Of a stretch of DNA of 64,000 nucleotides, positions 1-12,976 are shown piece by piece. The DNA comes from Parasitella parasitica NRRL 2501 (taxonomy: Eukaryota; Fungi; Mucoromycota). Positions within the stretch are counted from its first letter, which is position 1. Each line of letters starts with the position of its first letter. The position numbers were made by a program, and so were the translations under genes. Below the pieces are notes generated by a model. That model was not told the DNA's origin and made no database searches. It worked only from the letters and a program-made list of their open reading frames with translations. The stretch lies in assembly GCA_025201805.1 (NCBI GenBank), contig MU619369.1, positions 4,672-68,671 of the forward strand. Reading direction: 5' to 3'.

Positions 1-92
1 ATACTTTAGTTATTCTGTTAAAGATATCCTTATCTAGAATGATGGGAAAAACTCATTGAATGACGAGCTGCCATAATTGATATCTTTGTCAT

Positions 93-730
93 TATTAGGG
101 GTATTCAAATAGCAAAATGATAAAATAATTAAAAATAATTTGAGCAATTTTATTGGGTAAGTTTTAATTATTTTTTTTATTTTTCGCTTTTTTTAAGAAG
201 ACCGTTTTGCTTCTTAAAATCTTCAATTAAATTAAAATAAAAACAAAATGTATGATTGGCCAGAACATCCGTATACATCTAATCACGAAAAGGTTGTTGT
301 CAAAACTAGGATCCTCGTCTGTCCTGCCCTTTCCATTCTGCTTCCATAAAACGTGGGCAGCAGGGTGTTGCTCAATCAGCAACTTGAGAATCCTTGCTGA
401 CATTTCCGGCACTGTCCTGTGCGTGGCATTGACAGAACCAAATTAGGCTACCACCATGCCAGCAATGATGCTGCCAGTGAGTTGCAACGCCTTGCCGTCA
501 GCATATCTCCACCAAGCCAACCAAACAACATGGTGGCACCATGTATGGTGAGGAATCGGATCAGTCTCCCGACGCTTTAAAGATTTACTCAATTTTGAAA
601 GCTCCTTCCTTATTTTTAAATTTTTAATTAAAATTATCGATTTTTTATTAAAATGGGGTATTCACTTGTATATCGAATCCATTGGCTGAAATATTTTAAT
701 TTTTTTTTTGCTATTTGAATACCCCTAATA
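93..730. mobile_element. Non-autonomous TIR DNA element (MITE-like or deleted transposon)
   Basis: Perfect 25-bp inverted repeat TATTAGGGGTATTCAAATAGCAAAA (93-117) / TTTTGCTATTTGAATACCCCTAATA (706-730). It includes outer TA dinucleotides (possible TSD). AT-rich subterminal arms surround a more GC-rich core with interrupted frames. Confidence 0.75.
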
Positions 731-1882
731 TATGCATTTCACTCATAAATGATTTGTTGAAGATATAAAGAGCAAAGTTTTGACCTTAGCCACTCGACAG
801 CAACTTATATTCAAGCAGTTTAACATGTGTATACTTTGATTTGAACTCTTTTAATTATTGTAAACTATGTTTTTGTTTTGTCATACATGTGCGCTTCGTC
901 ATTTATTTAGAGTTTTTTTAATGGGTAGTTCATTCACAATCTTTGTCTTTGAATAATTAACATTAAATTCTCTTTTCAACGCCTCGTTTCAAAAATTCAA
1001 GTTGGTTTCCCATGTTGATATGATATCCATGTTTTATATCGATCATCATTTCATGCGATACTAGATCATAAGTTACTACTCAATGGATATCAACTGTGTT
1101 TGTGTTCGGAAGAATGGAATAGCCAATATATCAGATAAGAAATGAGGGATGATTCTTAAGAAATCACGATACATGCTAGTCATTATATAATATAGCCGGA
1201 TACTTTGATCAAGGACCTCAATCCAAAAATGAGGCTAAATAGATAAATAGAATATTCTTTGGAGATTGATAATGATTGAGATGTGATAGTATAACTATAT
1301 AAAGAGGGCATCGATCTGAAATGATTGGAGTCCTCTAGTCTGAACTAAATAATAAATTTATACGTTATCTAGTTGACTTACCTTATTTTTTATTTTTTTT
1401 CCTGTGAATATCCTTTATATCAAGCATATTGCACATACCATGTGCAGGTATGCTATTTTAAATGTGTAGCAGCGTACAGCGCATTTCTACCGAGATTGCT
1501 GTGTGAATCTTTGATTTCTATTTAGGCACAACAATGGCCAAAGCGATACATGAACATATAAGCATATTCTAATAAAAATAAGAATTCCGTATATTAGCTA
1601 TATGCTAATCTTTCTTGAACGATTATGTGTACTCAAATATGTGCAGGGTAGCTTTTACTACTGCTCAAGAATCTGGATATTTGAGAAGGTATACGTAGCG
1701 CAAAGACAAACGTTCCAAGATAAACTAAAAAATGGACCATAAAATTCCTTTTGTGCCTGAATAGTGCGGAACGGATGTATGATTAACCTTTATTGAACGA
1801 ATAGAATCAAGATAAACCAACGAGATGGGGTTTTAGTTAAATTTTTTCTTCTTCCTTCTAGTTACTTATATTACATGTCCGT

Positions 1883-3361
1883 ATGTTTCTTCTTGGCAAG
1901 GGATGGCCAGTATTCTTGTTCATTTTGTTTCTTAAATCACTAGTCAGAGCCCAAGCTTCACCCGAAAACCCGTTTATATGGTAATCGCTAATTATGTTGA
2001 TTTAAATGGCTGAAAAAAAAAAAGTAATTGGTTTGAATATTAGGCAAATTTTAGCAGAATATAACTTGGCTGAATCAAACAAGACAAAAATATATTTACC
2101 AGAGACATCTTCAAAGATCTATAGTCAAGATTTCCAAACAGTATTTGAAAATAAAGACCGTTGGGGTTACAATGAGGTATAAATTGGACTTACTGCAAGG
2201 AACGATTGGTACTAATTGCTGTTTCTGTAAAAGCGTCTTGTAATTGATTTTGGCGATGGTTGTTCCCAAACGACTATAGACGATTTAGAAAAGTTAAATG
2301 GTAATTGGGCGACCAGCCCTTCCATGATGTCGCAACCATCTATTGCACTTCTTCAGCGGGGAGGGAGATGCTCTCCATGGTCTGAAAAGATCTCCACTGT
2401 ACAAAGCTTGTCATCTACATATGGTCTTAAAGTTTCTGGCATTGTCATCTACGATGACAATTATTATAATGATACAGTATTTATTCCAGAGCCCACTGAA
2501 GATGTATCATATCCAAAATGGACTTCGACATTGCCCGATTACCGCAATATCAGGCACATGACAGATAACAACATTGATGCTGGCTCTACGTTTGTTGCGG
2601 TTTATTTTGTGCCTCGAAATTATGTAGACTATCTCAATTCAACACTAATCCAAAAGACATTCAAAATGAATGGGACTCAACAAATGTACACACAACTCAC
2701 ATTCTCTTTGGGAGAAAATAATTTCCCATCATCAAGTGATCCTAGTGCATCGGCTTCTACAAATGACGACCAAGGTGACCAAGATAGCATGGACTCAGAA
2801 CGTGATAAAAGAAACTACATTATTTATTCGGTTACTGCAGCTGCAGTTGTGATTCTAGCGTATGTGGTCACTCGCTGGTGCAGAGCATTTGCTAGAAGTC
2901 GAGCATTGAGAGATATTGAAGCTTCTCCTCAAGGAAATCTACTAATGCAAGATAAAGTTGATGATGTGATACCATTTGAGCAACTACAGCATTTATGCCC
3001 GATTGAAAAACACAGTGATGCAACCATGCTGAACTCGACATGTGCTATTTGTTTGGAGGACTTTGAGGACGATTACTATATTCGTGTGTTGCCCTGTCAT
3101 CATGGCTATTGCACTGCCTGTATAGACGTATGGCTAACAAAGAAATCGAGTAAATGTCCTATTTGTAAGTACGATTGCAGAATAACCTTACAAGAGAAAG
3201 GTTTACTAGAATCCAGATCAGAGGAAAATTTGACAGTTACAAATGATTCGCCGTTGGTTGCAAACGCTACAGCCCAAGTGAATATTGCAATGGAAGCTGT
3301 TGCTTTGCCTCAGCATAGCGATGATCGAAGCAACCCTACTACAACCAACCACATTTACTAA
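1883..3361 (+). CDS. PA-domain transmembrane RING-H2 E3 ubiquitin ligase (RNF13/RMR-like), 3 exons
   Basis: Signal peptide MFLLGKGWPVFLFILFLKSLVRA from ATG 1883; introns at ~1981-2043 and ~2177-2233; PA-like IALLQRGGRCSPWSEK; TM YIIYSVTAAAVVILAYVV; RING-H2 CAICLEDF...LPCHHGYCTACIDVWL...CPIC. Confidence 0.85.
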
Positions 3362-3559
3362 TTATGTACATATATTAATTAACCTGTATTGTCTTACTTT
3401 CTACTTGTCTCGGAATTGATATCAAACCGAGCTTCTTTTTTTTTTTTTTTTGGTCTCATGTAATAAACATTTGTTATCATTTCTACTCCATCCATAGATC
3501 AACTCTTTTTTCTCTTTTATTTGTTTGATCTGCATAAATCTTAAAAACAAACATTAGAA

Positions 3560-5113
3560 ATGCCTAAAATCAGACCTGTTGTAACCTACTCATTAGCCGC
3601 AGTCATTGTTGTTTGGGTGATGCTTGGCGCTATCACATTGCCAAATGCTACTCGGTGGTTTAGAGGGTCAGGAAACTTCATAGTAGAAGGTATGGATTGC
3701 TGTAAATGCAATGTGCATGTATTAATATGTAAGAAAGACATTATTTTTTTTAATGTTAGTAAGCCAGTTACAATTGGCAATGCTGTTCCGGTCCAATATG
3801 CTCAAAAAGAATTCAGAAACAACATCTTTTTGGTTGACAATTCTCCAGAAATTTCCAAGGAAGGATTACAAGTATAGTGGGTAGCTTGAATGGTCTCTAT
3901 ATATCTAACGTCCAAGTATTGATAAAATAGGGGATCTTGTATAATAGAGGCGAAGCATGCGCTTTGCATTTTCCAAATGTCTCAACATTTATCACTGACA
4001 GCAATATTTCGAAAATCGCTTTAATAGAACAAAGTACTAACTGTTATTTGATTGATAAAATCGTGAATGCTGAAAGAGATGGGGCCATAGCTGCTATCAT
4101 ATTCGATAACGGAACATCTTCAAATCAGCAATCCATGGTAAATATATTCAATAATTAAAGTAACTGGAGAGTGTATGTTGATCCTCTTATTAGGGAGTGA
4201 TGCCAAAATCTGTAAAGATTCCTACATATTATGTGAGTCAGGATACTGGTATCTCAATGATAAATGATCTGGAAAATGCTGCCAAAGCCAAGCAGCAAGA
4301 AGGAGCAACTCAGTTCATGATTCGAGTCGATCTGATGCCTCCTAGTAAACCACCACTGGATCATTGGCAGTTTGCATTGATTATCATGGGTGCGATGCTC
4401 GTTGCCAGTGTTATTTCCATATGTAAGTAGCATCTGTTATGCCAATATTGTATTCAAATATTCTTCTTTTGCAAGCTGCTTTGCAATGCCACATGTGGCG
4501 CATAGCTAGAGAACGGCGCCAAGAAGAGAATGAGACACTAACGCTGGCAGAACAACAGCAGCTGACAGCCGATGAAAATTACTGGAGAAACATTATTGGA
4601 CAGCCACCCAGACTTATGCCACAACCACGAGCTAAAAAACAGCGTTTGGAACAAGCGCTTGTGGATCTATTGCCTACACGTGTATATAAAGACAAGGAGA
4701 TCGTTGGTGGCGAAGAAAAGGTGGATTGGAGAAAAAACACCTCAGTTAATTCATTAGAGACAGCATATGAGCCATCCAGCTGTGTTATCTGCTTGGATCC
4801 TTTTGAAAATGGTAATACCTTGCGGCGGTTGCCTTGTAACCATGAATATCATCGAGATTGTGTTGATGTTTGGCTTACAAAAAAATGCGGCTCATGTCCT
4901 CTTTGCTTGCATCACATCCAAATCCCAACAGTGCCTGATGAAATTCACGCGCAAGAACTAGCAGAAGACGATTACTATGACACTGGCGATATAGCTACAA
5001 CTTGGCAAAGTCTGACTAGAGATGAAGAGGTTTTGCTTCGACAGCATCCTTTTGCTTTCCATCCCACCCCATCATCAGCTGCATCATTTGGAAATCCTTA
5101 TCCTCCTGCTTGA
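3560..5113 (+). CDS. Second PA-TM-RING-H2 E3 ubiquitin ligase (tandem paralog), multi-exon
   Basis: Hydrophobic N-terminus; PA motif KIALIEQ..C...DKIVNAERDGAIAAIIFDN; TM FALIIMGAMLVASVISI; RING-H2 CVICLDPF...LPCNHEYHRDCVDVWL..CPLC. Confidence 0.85.
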
Positions 5114-5415
5114 ATACAGCCATAGTATAATTTTTCTGAACACTCTTTCTCCAAAGCAAAATGATTAAAGAAATTTGCGATTTGCAGAACAGGCTATTCT
5201 TTATATAAATGACTTGAGTTCTTATAATACTTGCAACATCCTTATAGTGATACTCGGAATGGACCTTTACGGACATGCAGTATTATACACAGTACCTTGT
5301 GAGCTGATCCTATTTAAACGCATTCATACTTGACGTATGATTCTCAGAACAAGTGTCAAGATTGGGGATTTCTGTCAACGAGAAAGGTTTATTTTTAAAT
5401 TGACGATCTATTCTT

Positions 5416-5898
5416 CTAATCTTCACTACCACCCAATGCAGGTAGTGCAGGTAGTGCAGGTAAAGTTGGAATACCGCCCAAGGTAAATCCTGTAAACGGA
5501 TCCAAAGCAGGCAATGGAGGAAGCGCTGGTAATTCTGGAAGGCCTGGAGCAGCTGGAGCAGCTGGAGCAGGAGGGACTGGCAAGGCAATAGGCAAGAATT
5601 GTGGAGCAGCTGGGACAGGAAGGCCAGGAAGTCCTGGAGGCGTTGGAAAAGCAATGCAAGAAAAATCGGGCGTGAGCGATGGAGGAGATGATTTGGCGGC
5701 GCAAGCGGGATCCATTGACCCAGGAGCACAATTTACTGGTGATGCTGGTGGTGCTGGTGCTGGTCCTGAGGCTGGGGCACCTGGGGCAGGTTGTGTTCCT
5801 GGAGGACATCTTTTCACCAACACTGGAGCTGCTGATGCTTGATGGAAGGTAGCTAAGATAGCCAGGCAGTATACAGATAAATAGATAGATACTTGCAT
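5416..5898 (-). CDS. Secreted Pro/Leu/Ala-rich preproprotein A (160 aa), intronless
   Basis: ATG at 5898; signal MQVSIYLSVYCLAILATFHQASA; pro-segment APVLVKR; four Cys in the mature part including C..DPAC; LPx repeats; ends LGGSED; TATAAAAA at 5954-5961. Confidence 0.85.
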   Translation of the reverse strand: MQVSIYLSVYCLAILATFHQASAAPVLVKRCPPGTQPAPGAPASGPAPAPPASPVNCAPGSMDPACAAKSSPPSLTPDFSCIAFPTPPGLPGLPVPAAPQFLPIALPVPPAPAAPAAPGLPELPALPPLPALDPFTGFTLGGIPTLPALPALPALGGSED

Positions 5899-6710
5899 TT
5901 TCTTGATATATTTAGTTGTAAAAAAAACAAAGATATTTGGTAATAAAAAGGTCTTTTTATATACAAAACATACAATATGTGTACAGTCTCTTATCGTCAG
6001 TGGGTGTAATGGAAATATTATACATTGCATTAACAGAAACAAATACAACTTTCTGACCAAAGAGCAATATTCAATGTACAATATTCTGTGCAGAACTAAC
6101 ACTTGTATACCAATTGTTGATGGAGAGGCGTTGTGACATAATAACCGCTCAGTTCATCGTAACGAAACTGAGGGCGATCATTTTTGTCTTTGACTTTCAC
6201 ATGCTGTTGATCTCTTATTTATTTTTATCATACTCTACAATTACTGGCTCGTGTCACTTTTGCTGGATTCTCTTGGCAGCAAAATAATACTATAGCACAA
6301 ATCTGTATATTCGTCTTGCATATTTGAAATGCAAGCTACACTAAAATAAATTGTCGATCCATACAAATACTGCAGCAGTAATCATTTAAGTCTCCTCATT
6401 TCTGCTCAAGGATGTAGTGATTTCTAAACCTACCAAACGCCGAGAAGTAGCGTATAGATACATTATATAGAGGGAAAAAAAGGTAATGGTCCCCTGTGTG
6501 ATTCTTATCTTTGGAATATTCTTTGTTCATTTAGGCGTACATGATACATAAACTAAAAAAAGGTTGCTCAAAGGCACTCCCTGAAGGTACGTTTTCACAG
6601 CGACAAACTGTTCCACATGGACGATAAATGTTGGTATTCTAAATTTATAGTTTTTATGTGGTTTTTGCATCATTTTATTAAACTTGTTTGTAAATTAAAA
6701 ATAATTATGT

Positions 6711-7112
6711 TTAGGCTTCGTCTTCGTCTTCTTCCTCTTCATCTTCTTCGTCCGTCTTTTTGGGCTTTGGAGCAGGAGCTGGAGCATATTGAGGTGGATA
6801 GGGCGAAGGTGGACCAGGAGCAGCGTAAACTGGAGCAGCAGGAGCAGCAGCGGCTCCAGGTAATGCTGGAACTGCTGGGACCTTAACAGCTGTTAATGAT
6901 GCCAATAATGGTGAAAGCACAGTGCTGGGATCAACATTTGGTAAAGTAGGAAGAGTTGCGGCTTGTCTTTTGTTGAAATCCATTCGACGTTTATTAGAAA
7001 TCACTGATCTTTTGCCACCGTTGGCTATCACAGTTTTACACAGAGCTTCTTGTACTAATGTGGTGTAGATGGCTACAACCACTAAGAAAGTAATAGTCTT
7101 CAAGCTCAACAT
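6711..7112 (-). CDS. Secreted Pro/Ala-rich preproprotein B (133 aa) with acidic tail
   Basis: Signal peptide; three dibasic sites (KR, KRR, KR); Pro/Ala body; tail DEEDEEEEDEDEA; TATA at ~7208-7215. Confidence 0.85.
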   Translation of the reverse strand: MLSLKTITFLVVVAIYTTLVQEALCKTVIANGGKRSVISNKRRMDFNKRQAATLPTLPNVDPSTVLSPLLASLTAVKVPAVPALPGAAAAPAAPVYAAPGPPSPYPPQYAPAPAPKPKKTDEEDEEEEDEDEA

Positions 7113-7800
7113 TATATATATGTTCTAGTAAATATGTGTATGTAATGTGTTAGTTAAGTATATGGAGATGAAAGGTAATGCAATCTTTAAAACGCAATGT
7201 GTGCTTATATTTATACTTAGAAATCCGTATTCAGCCAAACAAACGGGGTAGATCTCGAGCTAATGCTGCTTTCCTACTCCGTTGTCTGCAGTTTTCTTTA
7301 TTAAAACACTGCCAAGATTAGAGCAGCATGATGCATGAAGATCGTTTTTTTTTTTTTTTTTTTTTCATATGCTGATAACCCGTTTTTGAGTACCACATTC
7401 TTTTATTTCTCTTAGCATTAATATATGCATATCTGATGTTATCTTCGACACATCTCGTACACTTTGACGGTGACTACAGACAAAACGCAAGGAGTCCACC
7501 ATAAGTGCAAGTATTTGGGTGCCAAACCCATATGCGTAAGGAAACTGATTGATACGAAGTGGTCTAACACGGCAGTATCACCCAGCGTGGATGTTTTAAC
7601 AGAAATGACCGAGGTAAAGCACTTAACGATATTTCATATTCACATTTACCAAATGACATACATTATTGTATTATTTTTAAAATTTTTTATTTATTTATTT
7701 TGAGCATCTATATATAATTGGATAGTAATAGTAATAAAAAAATAAACTCTGTATTTTGATGATACAAATGAAATGAAGTTTTTAATATTGGCTAATGATC

Positions 7801-8286
7801 TTAATCTTTTTCACCACCACCACCTAACAGGCCAGCAACAGTGGTTGAAGCATCGGGGATGGTAGGAAGCACAGGAAGTTCTGGGAGTCCTGGAACACCT
7901 GGAAGTGCTGGCAATGTTGCAGGAAGGGCAGTTGAGAGGTCAGGAAGTACTGGTGCTGCTGGAACGGGCACACCTGGTAAACCAGGAAGAGGTACAGCAG
8001 GAGCGGCAGGTGGAGCTGGGAGAGGTGGAATTACGACTCCGGGAACTGCTGGAGCAGTGTATGGAGGAGGAGGGGGAGGAGGACATGCTGGATCTTGGGG
8101 ATTTGCTGGGTTGGGGCAAGTTTTTTGTCCAGGAGGAGGAGGAGGAGGGCCAGCAGCAGCATTTTGACGGCTTTGAAGCTTTCTTAAGATACGTTTATCT
8201 TTGATTTCTCCTTGAGCAGAGACTTGCAGCAAACATGCGAGGGTTGCAACGATGGCAAAAAGAGTGTATGTGAGAGCAGAGCGCAT
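7801..8286 (-). CDS. Secreted Pro-rich preproprotein C (161 aa)
   Basis: ATG at 8286; signal MRSALTYTLFAIVATLACLLQVSA; basic pro-region KDKRILRKLQSR; poly-Pro; C..DPAC; LPx repeats; ends LLGGGGEKD; TATA at 8366-8373. Confidence 0.85.
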   Translation of the reverse strand: MRSALTYTLFAIVATLACLLQVSAQGEIKDKRILRKLQSRQNAAAGPPPPPPGQKTCPNPANPQDPACPPPPPPPYTAPAVPGVVIPPLPAPPAAPAVPLPGLPGVPVPAAPVLPDLSTALPATLPALPGVPGLPELPVLPTIPDASTTVAGLLGGGGEKD

Positions 8287-9099
8287 CTTGTATCTTTGAA
8301 TTTGAAAGTAAGAAAGATGGAAAGAAAGGAAGAAAAAAAACAATAAACGAAAAGAAGGTTGAGGGTTTATATAAGATTACCAGGCGTTTTCATATGAGAG
8401 GTGCGTACGTCGTCATTTAACGCTAAATGCATGTCAAATTCTTTGTTCCCCCATTTTCAAAAGCATTGACTTGTTTCTCGGCCTTCTGGCTGTATTTCTC
8501 CTTTATATACCATACATATATTTACATCGAATGAAAAAAAAAGGGGTCGTGATGTTATGAGACGTAGTTCTGGGTCGTTTTCGTCTTGGAACACAAACGT
8601 TAATAGTCTCATTTTTCGAAACCAACATTATATCGATTCGAAAAAAACATTTATTCGCAAGTGCATATATCGTATGGATTAGCTTCTTGACTGTCAAGTA
8701 ACTCTGCCTTGCATGTCTATTTGTATGTAGCAAACAAGTAGCAGAAAGTTGTTGCAAGGAGCTGGATCCACTGCTTTGGTCATGAGCCCTTTTTTCGTCT
8801 ATATCTATAATATATCCAGGTATTTGTTTGCCACTGCGCATCATATCAACGGAGATCCTTACGGGATGGCTAGATAGAAATATATTTATATGTAAATCAA
8901 AAACACAAGGTAGATCATATTTGATAAGGGGGGTGTTTAGATTTTTATGCATCTCGCCCCTGAGATTATCGGCTGTGGATCATTTTGATGGTTTTGTATG
9001 GTGTCAATTGTATGCAGTAGGCTTAAAAACAAAATTTTCATCTTTATTTCAAAAACAAAAAAAGAAAATAACAAAAAATTGATGCTGCATAGACATACT

Positions 9100-9480
9100 T
9101 TAATCTTCATCTTCCTCATCATCTTCACCGCCGCTTGGTTTACCACCAAGATTCGGAAGAGCAGGCGCTTTGGGTAGTGTTGGCACAGCTGGGACTGGAG
9201 CAGTTGGAATTGCAGGTAACTGAGGAAGTGCCAGGATAGGGAGAGCTGGCAAACCTGGTATAGCTGGTAAACCTGATGGTGGTGGTGGTGGTGGTGGTGG
9301 GCCTCTTGGATCATAGCCACTGGCAAAATATTCCCGGTGATGTCTTCCCCTCTTGATTAGCTTTGATTTTGAAAGATGCATCTTTGTACGACTTGTGCCA
9401 GCTGCTGAAACATAATGCAGCGAGGAGAACAACAGTAGGCTAACAAGGGCCATCGTTGAAAATAAAGAAAGGATTTGCAT
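9100..9480 (-). CDS. Secreted Pro-rich preproprotein D (126 aa) with acidic tail
   Basis: ATG at 9480; signal peptide; pro-region AGTSRTKMHLSKSKLIKR; P8 run; LPA/IPG repeats; ends LGGKPSGGEDDEEDED; TATA at 9536-9543. Confidence 0.85.
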   Translation of the reverse strand: MQILSLFSTMALVSLLLFSSLHYVSAAGTSRTKMHLSKSKLIKRGRHHREYFASGYDPRGPPPPPPPPSGLPAIPGLPALPILALPQLPAIPTAPVPAVPTLPKAPALPNLGGKPSGGEDDEEDED

Positions 9481-10182
9481 GTTTGTACAAGTATTATTTG
9501 TTTGTAGATATCGAAAAAATAAACGAAAAGTTTCATTTTTATATACCTTGACAGAAATTGGTTTCTGGATTGTGGAATGAATAAATAGACTGTATATATT
9601 GATTGAAAAATTACTAATGAAATAATATAATACACCCTGTCCATGTATTTCATCTCCTTGGATACAATGGGTGCTCCTAATTTCTGTATGATCTTCTGTG
9701 TTTATCATTTTTTCATTATGACACAATTCTTGCTCAATATTCAGGGGATTGACACTATTGTATACATCATACAGAAATTTTTTATTTGATAAACATTAAT
9801 TATTATTAAATTCTTCTAGGCTTTTTTTTTTTTAATTTATAGCATAATATACAACTTTTGTTCCACGTGCTGCTTTTAAATCAAATATGGTCGGTTTTCG
9901 CCATACAGTATACCAAGATTAGGTTCTGTTATTTTTAATATGTATCCCTCGTCTGGCATTGTCTATTTATACACCCACCGACTCGAGATAGCACTTATTT
10001 AAACGCATATGTATGCATATTCACGGAAAAAGAGCAGTAATGAAGGGATATATAGAAAAGATCGACAATCAAGTGTAAGCCCATCATGAGATGGAAAATT
10101 AATTTATTGTTGTAATTTGGAAACATCATATACAAAAACTGCTTTTACAATGGATTTGGATTGCTATATACGCCTAACAGTT

Positions 10183-10401
10183 TTAGTCATCATCAGGAGG
10201 TTGCCCACCAAGCAAGTTTGGAGGAATAACACTAGCGAAAGCTGGGAGCTCGGGAAGAACAAAGCCTCGGGCAGCACCACCAATTTGAGATTCTTGCTGT
10301 CTGTCTGCTGAGTCTTCTCTTTTTGCGATAATCGATGCAGTAGGAGCTGCATAAAACAGTGGAAGAGCGCAAACAAAAAAAACGATTAAAAGCTTGATCA
10401 T
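10183..10401 (-). CDS. Small secreted preproprotein E (72 aa)
   Basis: Signal MIKLLIVFFVCALPLFYA; pro-segment APTASIIAKR; LPELPA; ends LLGGQPPDDD; TATA at ~10479-10485. Confidence 0.8.
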   Translation of the reverse strand: MIKLLIVFFVCALPLFYAAPTASIIAKREDSADRQQESQIGGAARGFVLPELPAFASVIPPNLLGGQPPDDD

Positions 10402-11383
10402 AATTACTTCTTTTTCTTGAGCAGATACTATATCCTTGAAAAATATATGTGAAAAAAGAATGTTTTGTACAAAGATGCTTTTATACTGTCTTTCGAATAG
10501 GGTTTTTCAGGAGAAAAAGAGAGAGTAAGATACACAATACATTTAGATATGCATGAATTTAGCTCTTCTCCCTAAAATACGAATGTATTTCTACATATGC
10601 TGAATTGAACAAGTTATGCTATGTACAGTAATGTTTTCTTTGTGATGAATACATTATAGCAAAACCTCGGTTGGTATTATTATGTGTTAGTAGGTTACTA
10701 ATATACATTTCATTGATTCTCACTGACATACATATTATGTGCAGGGTAAATAGAGTCTGTACTAGTCTTTTTGCATCCAAATGGTGTGCTTTGCAAACGC
10801 ACAGAAATTTTTTTCAGATAAAAGTCTATAGTTTGCATAGTTATTACCTAAAATAGCGATTATGCATATATCTTGAATACTTTCGATTATTATAGTCAAA
10901 ATTTACATTCTTGAGGTCAGATTTGACAAGGTGTGTGTGTTTTCAATCCAGCTCACCCCAAATGTAAATTAAATTAAGCCCGCGGGTGATTAAGAAGCCA
11001 CGGCATCTATTTAGTGAATAATAAAATAGCATTTTATTATGTGTAAGTGTTCACTTTCTTTCAAGACAGCCAAAAAATAATACTCCAAAGATGTAAATGT
11101 CGCAAAAAAAAAATGCGTTTGCAATCGGACAAAACAAATGGTAAATGCGTATTCAAAAGGTATTTTTATTTATGAACATACACTGCAATGAAATAGAATG
11201 TAGTGCTATTACATCCTCAAGCTGCAATTTCGTGGCGGTGTCAACGGAATGACTTGGTTTTTAAGTGCATCGATTTGTAGTTTATGTGGGAATTCAGCCA
11301 ACCAAAGGCTACTTTTTTGAATTAAAAACAAGCTTCGTGTCTCTTTTTCACTTTTCTTTTATTTTCCAAAACATAAAACAACA

Positions 11384-12829
<1,446 letters not shown>

Positions 12830-12976
12830 GTTGTAATAAAATGAATAGAGGTGTGTTGCCATGCTGTTACATGGAAATTTCATGCACACGTGATAAAATA
12901 AAATGCAGCTTGTAATCAACTTGATCTTTTCCTCTTTTTTTTTTCGTTTTTTCTCCATACAACTTCATCAACCAAG

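Noticed and set aside
5654-8204. Plus-strand Gly/Glu-rich ORFs (5654-5842, 6617-6886, 7841-8167, 7905-8204)
   Set aside because: Antisense shadows of the Pro-rich minus-strand genes; no signal peptides or promoter cues.
6300-10870. Recurrent ATGCAT/TGCATAT hexamers between the secreted genes
   Set aside because: The same words occur throughout the window, so enrichment cannot be shown by eye.
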